A DNA stretch of 63,314 nucleotides, counting the filler, from Octopus bimaculoides (taxonomy: Eukaryota), in the NCBI RefSeq assembly GCF_001194135.2. It is 6 parts of 6 records of this genome, joined end to end, with 100 filler letters (N's around TTAATTAATTAA, not from the genome) between each part and the next. Parts side by side here need not be neighbours in the genome. Positions count along the whole stretch, not along the records: positions 41,908 to 55,548 come from NC_068988.1; positions 55,649 to 58,540 come from NC_068986.1; positions 58,641 to 63,314 come from NC_069006.1; 3 more parts are not named here. One strand, 5' to 3'. Positions 49,432 to 62,827 of this stretch are shown here, piece after piece; position 1 is the stretch's first letter; the number at the start of each line of letters is the position of its first letter. The position numbers and the translations under genes were made by a program. The notes under the pieces are model-generated. The model was not told where the DNA came from. It made no database searches and saw nothing but the letters and a program-made list of their open reading frames with translations.

Positions 49432-49839
49432 AAGTGATAATGCTTTAAGTGTTGTACTGGATAAATTGCGAAAATAACTCAAATAGTTTAAATAGTAAGA
49501 AATAAGCATACTCAATTTGATTTATACGAAATAATTTACGAATATGAATGGGTGATTTCCCTTGCTTATATATAGGGATCACTTTCAGGAGCGAATGGGT
49601 TACTTCCCTTGCATGTTTAAAAATAATATATTAGTTATATGTAGTAAATATAAGAATTCCTTCCATGGGCCCTATTATCGATTTTTCAACAATATAAGTA
49701 TGTCATTCGTTTTCTAGACATGAGTTCTACTCACGTGTCAAGTTTCATCAAACTCAATAAAACGATGTAGGAGGATTTAGATAAAAACGCCACAAGCACA
49801 CTTACAGATTTCACACATACAGTTGATATGTTTGTATAA

Positions 49840-49923
<84 letters not shown>

Positions 49924-49944
49924 ACATGTGTGTGTGTGTGTGCC

Positions 49945-50720
49945 CGTTTCTGTTTTCTTTTAAATTCTTCTGAGTAAGGGGCATGTTTCAAACATACAAA
50001 ACTCCAGCGTTGGAATGCAGATAACATAACCATTGTCACATTTTAAACTTGAGAAATGTCTTATACATTTTTACTGTTCCACTTGCAGATTGTATTTGTA
50101 ATATGCGTGTCAGTTGGATGATTTCTATTTCAGAAGACCCTACTTTATTGTCACCCTACCTTATTCAAATTGGCATTTACACATAAAACCAAGTGTATTA
50201 ATTATTATCGGTATAAATCTGAATTTATAATCTGTATATAGAAGTTGGAGGTTTTGAGACAGTCGTCCACAGTTATCCTCTTTCTCTTTGATTTTCAAAA
50301 AGATATTCACACCAGCACGACAGCTGACCTCTATGGCGGCACATACTTTTTCTGGTCTGTCCCAAACAATATCCGGCTTGTTTTGTTTGCACTTGACAAA
50401 TGTTTTGATGGGAATGTTCCACTAGTATTCCTTATGTCGATATTTGTGTACGTATTCAATATTAGAGGTATTCACCATATTTATTCCAGAACAGTTGTTT
50501 TTTTTTTCCACTTGCATTGAATATGGCAAGTATATTGTATATGCTATGATTATAATGCTCGTATTTTGATTGTCTCACAGATATGTTGAAGAGTTGAAAA
50601 CTCACCCGGAAAATCCCAAAAGGGTCGAAGTGTACATTAAAGATTGTCATAAAGGGTAAATTTCTGCACCGGCACATTTTAGAACAACCCTTATTGAGTA
50701 ACACAAGGGTCATTATTGAC
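49945..50720 (-). mobile_element. 3' fragment of an RLE-type (R4/Dong-like) non-LTR retrotransposon
   Basis: GCSKM (CCHC remnant), then WNIPIKTFVKCKQNKPDIVWDRPEKVCAAIEVSCRAGVNIFLKIKEKEDN...FRFIPIII: PD...E..K restriction-like endonuclease signature, with stops. Confidence 0.8.
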
Positions 50721-50807
50721 AACCCATATATGTATAGTTTATCTAGTCTACACCTTCACAAATATGGATATGTGTGGATAGATATATGTATGTGTGTGAG
50801 TGTGTGC

Positions 50808-50847
<40 letters not shown>

Positions 50848-50849
<2 letters not shown>

Positions 50850-51003
50850 GCGTGGCTATGGGGTAAAAGTTTGCTTCTCAATCACATGGGTTCCGTTTCA
50901 GTCCCACTGCGTAGTACCTTGGGCAAGTGTCTACTACTATAGCCTCGGGCTGACCAAAGCCTTGTAAGTGGATTTGGGAGGCGGAAACTGAAAGAAGCCC
51001 GTC

Positions 51004-51047
<44 letters not shown>

Positions 51048-51275
51048 ATGTGTGTCTCTTTGTGTCTGTGTTTGTCCCCCCACCATTGCATGACAATCGA
51101 TGTTGGCGTGTTTACATCCGCGTAATATAGCGGTTCGACAAAAGAGACCGATAGAATAAGTACTAGGCTTACAAAAATTAAGTCTTGTGGTCGATTTCTT
51201 AGACTAAAACCTTTTAAGGCAGTGCTCCAGCATGGCCGCAGTCAAATGACTGAAGCATGTAAAAGAATAAAAGAC
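50848..51275 (+). mobile_element. SINE family A, full length
   Basis: Head, internal (TA)n(TG)n and 3' end ggcagtgctccagcatggccgcagtcaaatgactga. Confidence 0.9.
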
Positions 51276-51326
<51 letters not shown>

Positions 51327-51704
51327 AGTTACAGTATAATATGTATCTGATTCTTTGAAAGAAGAGTAAATCTCTCCAAAGCCACACATCTTTCACTATA
51401 TGTAAACACGCACGAAGAATGTAGCAAATATATTTAGAAAAACGGTTCTTGTAATTCGTAAAACTACAAATAGGAGGGTAGATATCGCAGTATCAATTAA
51501 TTTTGCTTTCTGTGTTGAATTGTCACTTAAAGCTCGTCAGCTCGGCTTCCTATGTAAACTATTTTTAAAAATATATTTACCTTTCCGTGTGCGTTTTTCT
51601 AAATGTATTTTCTACATTCTCCGTCCGTGTTTACATATAGTGAGAGATACGTGGTTTTGCAGAGTTATATATCCTTCTTTCAAGCAAACAGATACGTAAT
51701 GTAT

Positions 51705-51925
51705 CTGTTTGCTTGGCAGAAACGTTAGCACGCCGGGCAAAATGCATAGCGGTATTTCGTCTGCCGTTACGTTCTGAGTTCAAATTCCGCCGGGGTAGAT
51801 TTTGCCTTTCATCCTTTCGGAGTCGATAAATTAAGTACCAGTTAAGTACTGGGGTCGATGTAATCGACTTAATCGCTTTGTTTGTCCCCTCTGTGTTTAG
51901 CCCCTTGTGGGAAATAAAGAAATAA
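51705..51925 (+). mobile_element. SINE family B, young-looking copy
   Basis: ggcagaaacgttagcacgccgggcaaaatgcatagcggtatttcgtctgccgttacgttctgagttcaaattccgcc. Confidence 0.9.
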
Positions 51926-52043
51926 GATGCATATTGTACCCAGCCTTTTAATATATGTTTGAATACTTGGATCATGCTTGCTGGCCACTGTATCATTACT
52001 TTTTAAAGATAATGCTAACTTATTTTAATGTTGAATATATATG

Positions 52044-52084
<41 letters not shown>

Positions 52085-52729
52085 GCACAGGAATGTTGTC
52101 AACTGTCGGTCCTGCGCACTTACCTTCACGTCAGTTCGTGGCTGTCAAAACGAAGAATAGGTTCAGGACAATAAAATGATAACGGACTTATAGAAGTCAA
52201 ATTGGCATCATTTCAAATGCCATGGCATTGTCCGATAAATATTCAAAATATTCGGCCACACACTCATCTATTATTAGTCATTCATCTATATATATATATA
52301 TGTTTACGTATTTACTGGCTTATTTTATTCGTTTACTTGTACCACTTAAACACGTGTTTGTTACCATTTAATAAATAGATAAAATGGAATGTTTCCTGGC
52401 TGTTGTTTGTCGATTTCATATCTTCTCCATTTTCTTACTTGCCTTATAAATCCCAATTTATCCTAACCCATATTTAGCATTCAATTGCAATATTGCCATG
52501 CAATAGTAAGCACTTGGTTAAAAATACGTTAGTACACATCCAATAGTATCTTGGCTATTTAATATCCCTTAGATGGTTTCTTAACTTATAACTCATACAG
52601 ATATATATATACACATATATATATACACACACACATACTACTTCCCCTGTATGTACAGTCAGTAATGTGTATCAACAAAAAGCTCCTCTAATAAATTGGA
52701 GTGGGTCAAACACGTACATAAATACATCA

Positions 52730-52777
<48 letters not shown>

Positions 52778-55649
52778 CATTTATATTATAGTCGTCAACT
52801 AAACTTGACTCAGGGTGTGAATAACACGTACATTGCTAGAAGTAGGAGCTAAAATTCTCCAATGCTGTTACAAAGCACATAATAATACTTATAGAAGCTG
52901 CAATCACCCCGAACACCGAATCGAGAATTCCTCGCACTGACCGGCCAGTTTCAGTAAATTCCCTTGCCAACTTCTGTAAGGCCAGCTCATTGGGTTGATT
53001 CCGGGCTAGCTCACCTATCAGAGTATATATATTCACCATAAAAATCTATGGATGATTTAGCAACGGAAATTGCCAAGGATGGCCGGTCAGTCTAAGGAAT
53101 TCTCGTTTTGATGTTCAATGTTTTTCATTCACTATTATCCCACTTTAATATCTAGTGATGTTTGTATCGCTGTATCTTTTACAAGACTAATTAAACGTTT
53201 ATAAATGATTTCAAAGAAACGCAGTTGCTAAAAGTTCGCAAGGTTAAATGTTCTCATCAATCTGAATGTGAAAGGTGAGAAAGTAACTTGCCTTTAATGA
53301 TTCATAACTATTTCATTACAGTGATTTAAGGAAGCAGACGTTGATATGTTTGACAAATAATAGTAATATAGTTATCAATATTACAGGTCATGTCAACGCT
53401 TTTTGCCTCTCAAAAATACTGAATAACTGAATAACATCATTTGGTATCGTTTCTCAGGGTATAATATTTACATTTGTTTGAATGGAGATGTAATCACTGG
53501 TGGCTATTTTCTGGGCAATATGTCTCTATTCTGATGGAAAAGCGAGCAATTTCTTATGAAATTTATTTTGGTGCCAGTACAGAGAAAGGCATCAACATCA
53601 GATAAGAAAAATTTGCTGACGTTATTCTTTCCACGCACGCTTCTATCTGCTTCTTTGACTAAACAAAGAAAACATTCACTAAAAGTCGAAGAAAAGTATT
53701 ACAGAATGGCGATCAAACTCGAATGCGGTTGTGTAGAGAAAAATGTCGAAAGCAAGATTGGAAGTGTGCCGACTACTGCTATAAGTGTTATAAAAAAGGA
53801 GAGAAATTCAATAAAGACTGTCCATCAAGTACAGTTAAAAAAAAAAAAGCTCGTATATCAACTGAAAATGTTGCATAAAGCTCATATTCTGATCTGCCTT
53901 AGGCTATTACTAAAGTTCTTCATCTGTAGCCACAGACAATATCATTATTACTAATAAGTTCTAATAGATTATTTTAACAATATACTACATCAATGAAAAA
54001 TTGCCCATAGCAGTACCTCTTACAATCAATGACTATATCGAAAGACTAACATTAATGATCAATAAATATATATATATAAGAGCCATTAAATTTATGAATT
54101 AATGTCACTTAGTCTTCACATTCACTCTTAGTGATAGATTAACTAGTCAGCAGCAATATTTGAATTGGTTAGAAATACTATTCGGTATAATTAATGTTAC
54201 TGACGATGTACAAACACATGGTAATTAGACAGCTGTGTGAGCGTTTCATTAACCCATATATATATATATATATTACTGTCTAATTTATCGTGGTTGCGAC
54301 AAAGACAAAAGTTAACCTGTCAGTTTTCTCTCATATCACACTAACAAATATGTGATTTAGTATACTTCTCAATTAGTTCTTTCATACTTCAGAAAGATCT
54401 TAACGGGTACCACGTCTCTGTGAAGTCACCGAAGGATATACAAACTGAGTAATGAGGCTCTTTCTAACAGATGAAAAACTAATATTCTTGATCAAGTAAT
54501 ATAGCATATGCAAATATATTTTGGCTGTTTCATATTCCTATTAAATAGGTTTTCATACACATGATTACTGGTTATATTCTGCTAATTAACTGTTGTTTAT
54601 TATTTCTTAATTCTAACACATGTTATTGCAATCTCTATAAGCTTATATTAAATAACCATATAGCTAATAGTTAATATATTTCAAAAATATAAGTTGCTGT
54701 TGCTCGCTTTGATGTTACTTTTGTTAACTAGTCCGAGATAGGAATGAATGCCTATGACGAAAATCACTTCGGTTGTAGCCATGCGGTCTTTTATTCAGGC
54801 TAAATATGTGTCTCTATATATCCTAATTGGGGTTGTATAAAATTATCAGCTTATAGTATGATTCAAGGGAGTTGACTGTTATTTCTTGCAACTCAAGTGA
54901 CCACGTAAAAGTAAATCGCTTGGATCCTATAACATTAGTTTTAAGGGTTTGTGACTTGAAATGTCGCAGTTCCGTAGATGAGAAGATCATGACTAATACA
55001 TCGAACTTCCAATAAACTGCTGATCATTGAATCATGTCAACTAATTTCTATTTTAGTACAAAGTAGATAAAAATTAACGTTTCATGTCTTGACATTTCTT
55101 TAGAATTTAAGTCACTTCACTAACACAGCGCAATTAGATCGCTTGTTTTATAATAGTAAACCTTCTTATACACCAATATCTTTATGAATACGCATATGAG
55201 CATGCATGCAGGTGGACGGACACGCAGACATACATATATATGTGTGGGTTGTACATATATATGTCTGGTAATTGTCATAGACTAATTTACAAGCAGGTTC
55301 ATCAATATGTTCATTTGAAATTTATCTCAACGTACCATAATGACAAATAACATATCGCATTAAACTCGTTTAGGGTTCAAAACAACAATATATTCCAGCA
55401 GATGTCTTACACGTATTAGGTTAACTATAACTGCACAATATTTCTTAAACATTTGTACTTTTACTGACGGAATAATCTAATCTATCTGTTTGTCTCTTTG
55501 TTTGCCTCTGTTTCTCTCTTTCTCACACACACACCACTGTATATATATNNNNNNNNNNNNNNNNNNNNNNNNNNNNNNNNNNNNNNNNNNNNTTAATTAA
55601 TTAANNNNNNNNNNNNNNNNNNNNNNNNNNNNNNNNNNNNNNNNNNNNA

Positions 55650-55822
55650 GAACCCGTGTCAATTACATCGATCCCAGTCATCAATGGATACTTATTCCAT
55701 CGACCTTGAAAGGATGGATGGCAAAGTTGACCCCGGCGGAATTTCAACTCAAAACATAAGGCCGGAAGAAATGTTACTAAACATTTTGTCCGGCGTGCTA
55801 ACGATTCTGCGAAGCTACCGTC
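55650..55822 (-). mobile_element. SINE family B, diverged
   Basis: gaaaggatggatggcaaagttgaccccggcggaatttcaactc...cggcgtgctaacgattctgc. Confidence 0.7.
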
Positions 55823-55939
55823 TTCGACCTTTCCTAAACGTTATTGCGGTAGAGATAACAGAATGAGTTTAATATGGTTCCTGTTAAGTTTAAACTATTG
55901 TAATGCTATTATAAGAATGCATCTCGAAAACAAAAGTGG

Positions 55940-56320
55940 GTGTGTGGTAAGTAGCTTGCTTACCAACTCATAATTCCGGGTTCAGTCCCACTGCGTGGCA
56001 CCTTGGGCAAGTGTCTTCTACTATAGCCTCGGGCCGACCAAAGCCTTGTGAGTGGATTTGGTAACTGAAAGTAGCCCGTCGTATATATATATATATATGT
56101 GCGTGTATGTATGTATGTTTGTGTGTCTGTGTTTGTCCCCCCAATATCGCTTGTCAACCGATGCTGGTGTGTTTACGTCCCCGTAACTTAGCGGTTCGGC
56201 AAAACAGACCGATAGAATAAGTACTAGGCTTACAAAGAATAACTCCTAGGGTCGATTTGCTCGACTAAAGGCGGTTCTCCAGCATGGCCGCAGTGAAATG
56301 ACTGAAACAAGTAAAAGAGT
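55940..56320 (+). mobile_element. SINE family A, full length
   Basis: Matches the 57396-57812 copy end to end. Confidence 0.9.
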
Positions 56321-57395
56321 GAAGAAGTTTCATATGATTGCAAACATTCCTGAAGAAGATGGCAAAGAAATGGTTTGTGACTCTCGCCGTCCAATCTCGT
56401 TTTGATTAAAGTGTGCGATACCTTGTTTTGCCCAAGTAAAGAAAATACAAACTTCAGGGGAAAATCTGCTAAACCCTACGAGCAGTTTCTCACCATTACC
56501 TTTCTATTCCGGCTTTTGAAATACGGCCTTTGATATTTTTTGTGAAGCAGTTAAATTTAGAACATCGAGACGCCCCCAATTACTATCTACATCTCAGTTC
56601 GAAACCACTCCTCTAGAAGTAGAGAAGTAAGGGCAGTAAATGATGAGTTTTGGTGGCGGTGGTATCTAGTTACACTACAGTCCACCAAAATTAAACCATA
56701 GTTTATCTTGTCTGTTTATCTAAGATATAATGAATGTTCTCTTATATTTTACTACAGACAGATCTGCTTTGGTAAATGATATTTTTAACTGAACACATTG
56801 TGGGAATATGGGCGTGAGTTATGACTTCACATTATTGAAGAACAACTAAAAGCAAGTTATTTGATATATTTATTGACAAACTCTGGGAATGCATTAATTG
56901 ATTGCTTGAGTTGATTGATTCGGCGGTTGATCAGTGAATCGCATGTTTTCGTTGTTTCAGTAATTCCATCGAATTCAATGGAATATCATCCATTTCACAT
57001 CCTCATTAAACAACATTAAACTGTATCATCCTTCCTTCTCTAATTCCGTTATTACCTCAGGTTCCATGCTGATCTAATTGATCATCAACCCCAATAGATT
57101 CTGATACTTGATTCCGTCTCTATTCCACTCATGTTATTAGAAAAATATTTTGCCTTCCTCACCACTACAGTATGTATTTACTTCAGAACTTTATATTCTG
57201 AAAATCCTACTGATTTTGTTCATCTCACCAGCCTTCATCAATTTACACTTGCCGTCTCGCAAAAGTTAGCCTCATTCGAGGAACAATGGAGGCCTACAAA
57301 TGGATATAAACAGCACAGTTGTGTACATCATGCTTTCTTTCCCGAAAAAAAAAAAACATAAAATTAATTTATGGCTAGGTTCAATAATTCAATAT

Positions 57396-57812
57396 AGGTG
57401 TAGGAGTGGCTGTCTGGTAAGTAGCTTGCTTACAAACCACATGGTTCCGGGTTCAGACCCTCTGCGTGGCACCTTGGGCAAGTGTCTTCTACTATAGCCT
57501 CGGTCCGACCAAAGCCTTGTGAGTGGATTTGGTAGACGGAAACTGAAAGAAGCCCGTCGTATATATGTATATATATATGTATATGTGTGTATATGTTTGT
57601 GTGTCTGTGTCTGTCTCCCCCAACATCGCTTGACAACCGATGCTGGTGTGTTTACGTCCCCGTAACTTAGCGGTTCGGCAAAAGAGACCGAGAGAATAAG
57701 TACTAGGTTTACAAAGAATAAGTCCTGGGGTCGATTTGCTCGACTAAGGGCGGTGCTCCAGTATGGCCACAGTCAAATGACTGAAACAAGTAAAAGAGTA
57801 AAGAGTAAAGAG
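57396..57812 (+). mobile_element. SINE family A, full length, tail (GAGTAAA)n
   Basis: ggtgtaggagtggctgtctggtaagtagcttgc...ctgaaacaagtaaaagagtaaagagtaaag. Confidence 0.9.
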
Positions 57813-58660
57813 AGAGAATTCTTTTTTAAAACGAACACACAATGGGTAGCAAACGTTTCTTATATCTAAGAAATCACTCGATTTCTTTGGAATAGCAGTC
57901 AAATCTCCCTCAAACTACATTCTCCCGTATTAAAAGAAAGGGCTCGTAGAATAATGTAGAAGTAAGGTTATTCAACTGATAGTCCTTGATACGAAGTCGT
58001 TCACCAACGCATTCCAATCTGCAACCAACCGTTGTGTTATCACATCTCACTGTCTTTTATTCTTCTGCTACAATGGCCTCTGCACCATGTGGCTTGCTGG
58101 TATCGTGCCACATCCACTCCTCAGGCACTCCCGATTCACGTGCCTCGTCTTTTTCGTCAGCTATACCTCTGTGTCCATTCTTTCCTGCGCACTAGCCTCT
58201 GTGTCCATTCTTTCCTCCACAGAATGTCGCTTTCCTGGCATTTCCTTTCTGCCCATGAGTCTTCTGAAGCTGTCCATTTGAAACCGCTTCAGTCACACTG
58301 TTATCGAAAGTGGGTTTATGAAGGTTACGGCAACAGTCCATGTCTTTCAAAGCAAAGAAGAAATCGTCTTGGTAAAATGTCTCAAAAACATAAATGAAAT
58401 AACATTCATCATAGATAGGGCAGTAAGATCAAGACAGGCCTAGGGCTAAACAATGATGACAGTGACGAGGATGACGACGACGACAACCGACAACATAAGT
58501 GAGGTGAGTTTTCCAGTCAAATGACTGAAGCAATGAAAAGNNNNNNNNNNNNNNNNNNNNNNNNNNNNNNNNNNNNNNNNNNNNTTAATTAATTAANNNN
58601 NNNNNNNNNNNNNNNNNNNNNNNNNNNNNNNNNNNNNNNNTAGTAATATTAGTAACTGAG

Positions 58661-59400
58661 TTAGTAGTTTAGTAATGTTAGTAACCGAGTTAGTAGTTTA
58701 GTAATGTTAGTGTTAGTAGTTTAGTAATGTTAGTATTAGAGTTAGTAGTTTAGTAATGTTGGTGTTAGTAGTTTAGTAATTTTAGTATTAGAGTTAGTAA
58801 TTTAGTAATGTTAATAATAGAGTTAGTTTAGTAATATTAGTGTTAGTAGTTTAGCAATGTTAGTAACTGAGTTAGTAGTTTAGTAATTTTAGTATTGGTG
58901 TTAGTAGTTTAGTAATGTTGGTGTTAGTGTTAGTAGTTAAGTAATGTTAGTAACTGAGTTAGTAGTTTAATAATGTTGGTGTTAGTAGTTTAGTAATTTT
59001 AGTATTAGAGTTAGTATAAGTGTTAGTATTTTAGTAATAGTATTGGTATTAGTAGTTTAGTACTGATGTTAGCTGTTCAAGTATTTGTAAGTTATGTTAG
59101 TATTTTCATTAGTAGTTTAGTAACATTGGTATTGGTATTGGTAGTTTAGTGGTGTTAATAGTTTTGTAGTCTAGTAATATCGGAAATTCAGTAATATTAA
59201 TATCTGTCTAAACGATTTAGTCCTTCTCAATTGATGTTAGTAACTTAGTAATGTTGTTATTGGTATTAGTAGATTAGTGTTGACATTTGTACATTAGTAA
59301 TCTTAGTATCAGTGGTTCATATTGGTGTTTGTAATTTAGTAATGTAATTATTGATGTTGGTAGTTATGTTATTATTAGTAGAAGTATTTACATAGACCAC
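58661..59400. repeat. TTAGTA-based degenerate satellite
   Basis: ttagtagtttagtaatg-type units, most regular next to the gap and decaying rightwards. Confidence 0.85.
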
Positions 59401-59924
59401 CTGTCATTAGTTAAATGCCAATGTGTTTAGTAGTTTGAGAACACCATGTTCATACTTCACCAATGGTTATTTCAATAATTAGTTTGTTTGCTTCATTCGT
59501 TAGTCAATATAGTTTTATTAGAGTTCATTAAAACTCATCTCATGTGAGTCATTAACAATTAATTTAATAATATTAGTAATTAGTTAAAATGATTATGCGG
59601 TTTTTCAAAATGTTTTAGTGTCATCTTTATGTATTAATTTATGTTAATATGTTAATAATTACATAGCTTTAATTAATATTTCAATGATTTAACTAAAATT
59701 TTTAATACAGGTGTAAGTAATTAATAAAATGTTGGTATTAATGTTTGTGTATCTTTATTATTATTATTAGTATACAGTAATTAATATTAGTAATTTAACA
59801 ATGGTTTAGTATGTTTAATAATTTATTGATGATACCAGTTTTAGTGTTCAGGTAATTTTCGACTGTATTAATTCATTCCTAATTGTCGTTTGTTAATTAA
59901 GACCTTGTAAAGCAAGTGGAATGT

Positions 59925-60180
59925 AAAGGTGCATGGCTTAGTGGTTAGGGTGTTGGATTTATGATCGTGAGATTGTAGGTTTCGATTCCTGGACTGGGCG
60001 ATGCACTGTGTTCTTGAGCAAGACACTTCATTTCACTTTGCTCCTGTCGACTCAGCTGACAAAAATGATTTATCCTGCAACAGACCAGCATGCCACCCAG
60101 GGAGGAATATATATATGCCAGAGAAACTGAGAAAAAAGCCCTATGCTCCTTATGAAGAAATGTGGATTAACCGAAGTAGG
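59925..60180 (+). mobile_element. SINE family C
   Basis: tRNA-like head catggcttagtggttaggg...gtttcgattcc and tgttcttgagcaagacactt core. Confidence 0.75.
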
Positions 60181-60239
60181 AGGAATTTAAAACAAAGGTA
60201 CAAACAAGCAGGAAATCTGTCCAAGGTATCTAGACTGTG

Positions 60240-60615
60240 ATTCATTATTTTGAAAATGAATTGAAACAACTGCAGTGTATTTCAACAGAAATATGGTAAC
60301 AAAAGGGTCAAAGTGATCTAAAACAGTCTTCCATCAAAGTCTCATATTAATTTATGTTCCAAATACCAGATTAATAAGTACAACATTGTTTTACTAAATT
60401 CATTATTCTCAAAATTAATTGAAACAATGGCAATGTTTTTCATAAGCAATATGGTAACAAAAGGGTTAAAGTGATCAAAATTAAAACCTTCCACTAAAAT
60501 ATGTTAATTTATGCTCCAAATACCAGATTAATAAAGACAAAGTTCTTTTACTAAATTCATTATTCTCAAAATTAACTGAAGACATAAAAGTCTGGTAATT
60601 AAAAAGGTTAAATTG
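60240..60615 (-). mobile_element. Three tandem partial copies of a TTAA-type MITE
   Basis: atatggtaacaaaagggt(c/t)aa and aaataccagattaata recur. Confidence 0.55.
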
Positions 60616-61939
60616 ATGACACAAATAATGTTGACGACGGAGTTAGTATTTCGGTAGAGTTAGTATCAACATAAGTACTTCAGTTGTGTTAGTATCAACG
60701 TTGGTAGTAAAAACATTGCAACAGAGTTAGAATTAGTGTTAGCAGTTCAATAAAATATCAATTCAATTGCGTTAGTAACGTGGATGACCATTTAAAGAAT
60801 TGGTGAGGTTAGATTTGAGGATGTTAGTTCTTGCAGACAAGATTCGTTTTTTTTACGCAGTTATGAAGAACATACTATATACTGATGACAGGGCCAACCT
60901 ATGCTGCTCATGCAGCAACATACAACTTGGATTGATGATGATGTTGGTAATGTTGGTGATGATGATGATGATGAATCACCTATACTTTGCATAAATATAC
61001 TAATGTATTGAACCTGGTATGTAATTGTTTTTTATTAATTGCGTTTCTCATTTGCATATTATTTTCCAAGTGAAGACACACAGCTTTGTGGTTAAAGTAA
61101 CCGGCTCTTGATTATAAAGACATGAGTTCAATTCATGTGGTGCCAAAAAGGTTGGAGATGATTATATCTGAAGACAGAGGTACTAGTGATGGCAGAAATA
61201 TATGACAGAGTGGAGTAGGGATCGCAGAGGGAGTTTAGGGGACACAACATACAACAACAAGGAAAAAGCACAGGAAAAAGCACAACAATAAATAAATAAA
61301 CACCAAAATTTTATATATATTATATATAAGATAAGAAGCCCTTTGTGAGAATTTTTTTTACAGAAAAGAAAAGATAAAACAAAAACTTTGGAACTCATAA
61401 AAACAAGCTTTCAATCACTCATAGCTTTGTTGCTGGCCAAAATCTGAGAGTGAGTCCAGTTATTTCAGACCATTGCACAGGTGAGAGAATACATGCACAA
61501 AATACTGCACAGATCCATCATGACTCATCATTCCTGGAAGATAGCTTGGCTTTATTCTGAGCAAGAAATAAGGAAACAAAAAAAAAAAAAAATGAATATA
61601 GTTGTTACTAGTCTTGACCCAAGCTAAACAACAGTGGTTTTTTTACTTGTAAAGAAAACGGGGAGGGGGAGGGGGGAGAATTTCGGGTTTTATTTTTATG
61701 TAAGGGGTGTTTTGATGATTAATTTTTTTTACTTGAAACATAAAAATATTTGTGTCAAACACAGAGTCTCCAGGTTTACCCATTTGACTACGTTGCATCA
61801 TTGTTAATTTTAGTATAGTTTTTATTATCTTTGTGGTAAATAAAGCACATGGCTTTGTTGTTGTTGTTGTTACAGTGAGAGTGTGTCGAAAGTGTTTTGT
61901 TTTCGTTTTGTTGGTATCTTACATCTATGACTAACACAA

Positions 61940-61971
<32 letters not shown>

Positions 61972-62089
61972 GCGCTTACACAAACACACACACATACATA
62001 ATGACTATAACTTCTTTCTTTCATTGCAACAAAGAAAATATTAAAATACACAACGATCTGACAGCTGAAACGCACAAGTGAACGTCTGC

Positions 62090-62125
<36 letters not shown>

Positions 62126-62185
62126 CATGAATGGACATGTCAACAGGTATATGAAAGCATTAAACTGACAAAAGGTAAATAAGCT

Positions 62186-62186
62186 G

Positions 62187-62228
<42 letters not shown>

Positions 62229-62656
62229 GTTTCAAATATTGCCACAAGGGCAGCTTGGCGGAGGTGGGGATGAGCCAACCTTAACCCTAACCCTGAAAGG
62301 ATGAAAGGTAAAGTCGCCCTCAGTGGAATTTGAACTCGGGACATAGCGACGGGTGAACTACTGCTAAGCATTTCGTCCGGTGAGCTAACGATTCTGCCAG
62401 CTCGCTGCCTTAATAATAATAATAATAATGATAATAATAATAATAATGATAATTTTTTCCACAAAGGCAGCAATTTTAGGGAGGAGATGAGTCGGTTAGA
62501 TCGACCCCAGTATGCAACTGGTACTTATTTTAACGACCCCGAAAAGTTGAAAGGCAAAGTTGACCTCGGCAGAATTTGAACTCAGAATGCAGTGACGGAT
62601 GAAATACCACTAAGCATTTCATCCGGCGCACTCAACGATTCTACCAGCTCACCACC

Positions 62657-62689
<33 letters not shown>

Positions 62690-62690
62690 G
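62186..62690 (-). mobile_element. Two head-to-tail SINE family-B copies embedded in (TAA)n
   Basis: (TAA)n - copy - (TAA)n - copy - (TAA)n. Confidence 0.9.
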
Positions 62691-62827
62691 TTTCTTAATA
62701 AAGCAATAAAAAAAAATGAGAATAAATAAAACAAAACAAAACGAAAGTGTGTTAGTAAGCATGTTTATGTCCAGTGGTGATGTGTTTATTAGTAGTAGTA
62801 CAAGTCTCAAAAAATATACAAACTCAC

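Noticed and set aside
52836-52930. FVTALENF tail resembling the last helix of vesicular inhibitory amino acid transporter
   Set aside because: The upstream sequence does not match the transporter, and the similarity is too short to call.
53556-53954. 132-aa ORF as a standalone gene
   Set aside because: No recognisable domain, it runs through an A-tract, and splice signals are weak. Only the alternative Cys-rich frame is flagged.
57986-58397. GC-richer patch with several overlapping ORFs and a 21-bp direct repeat
   Set aside because: No frame gives a recognisable protein; it is probably a decayed mobile-element fragment.
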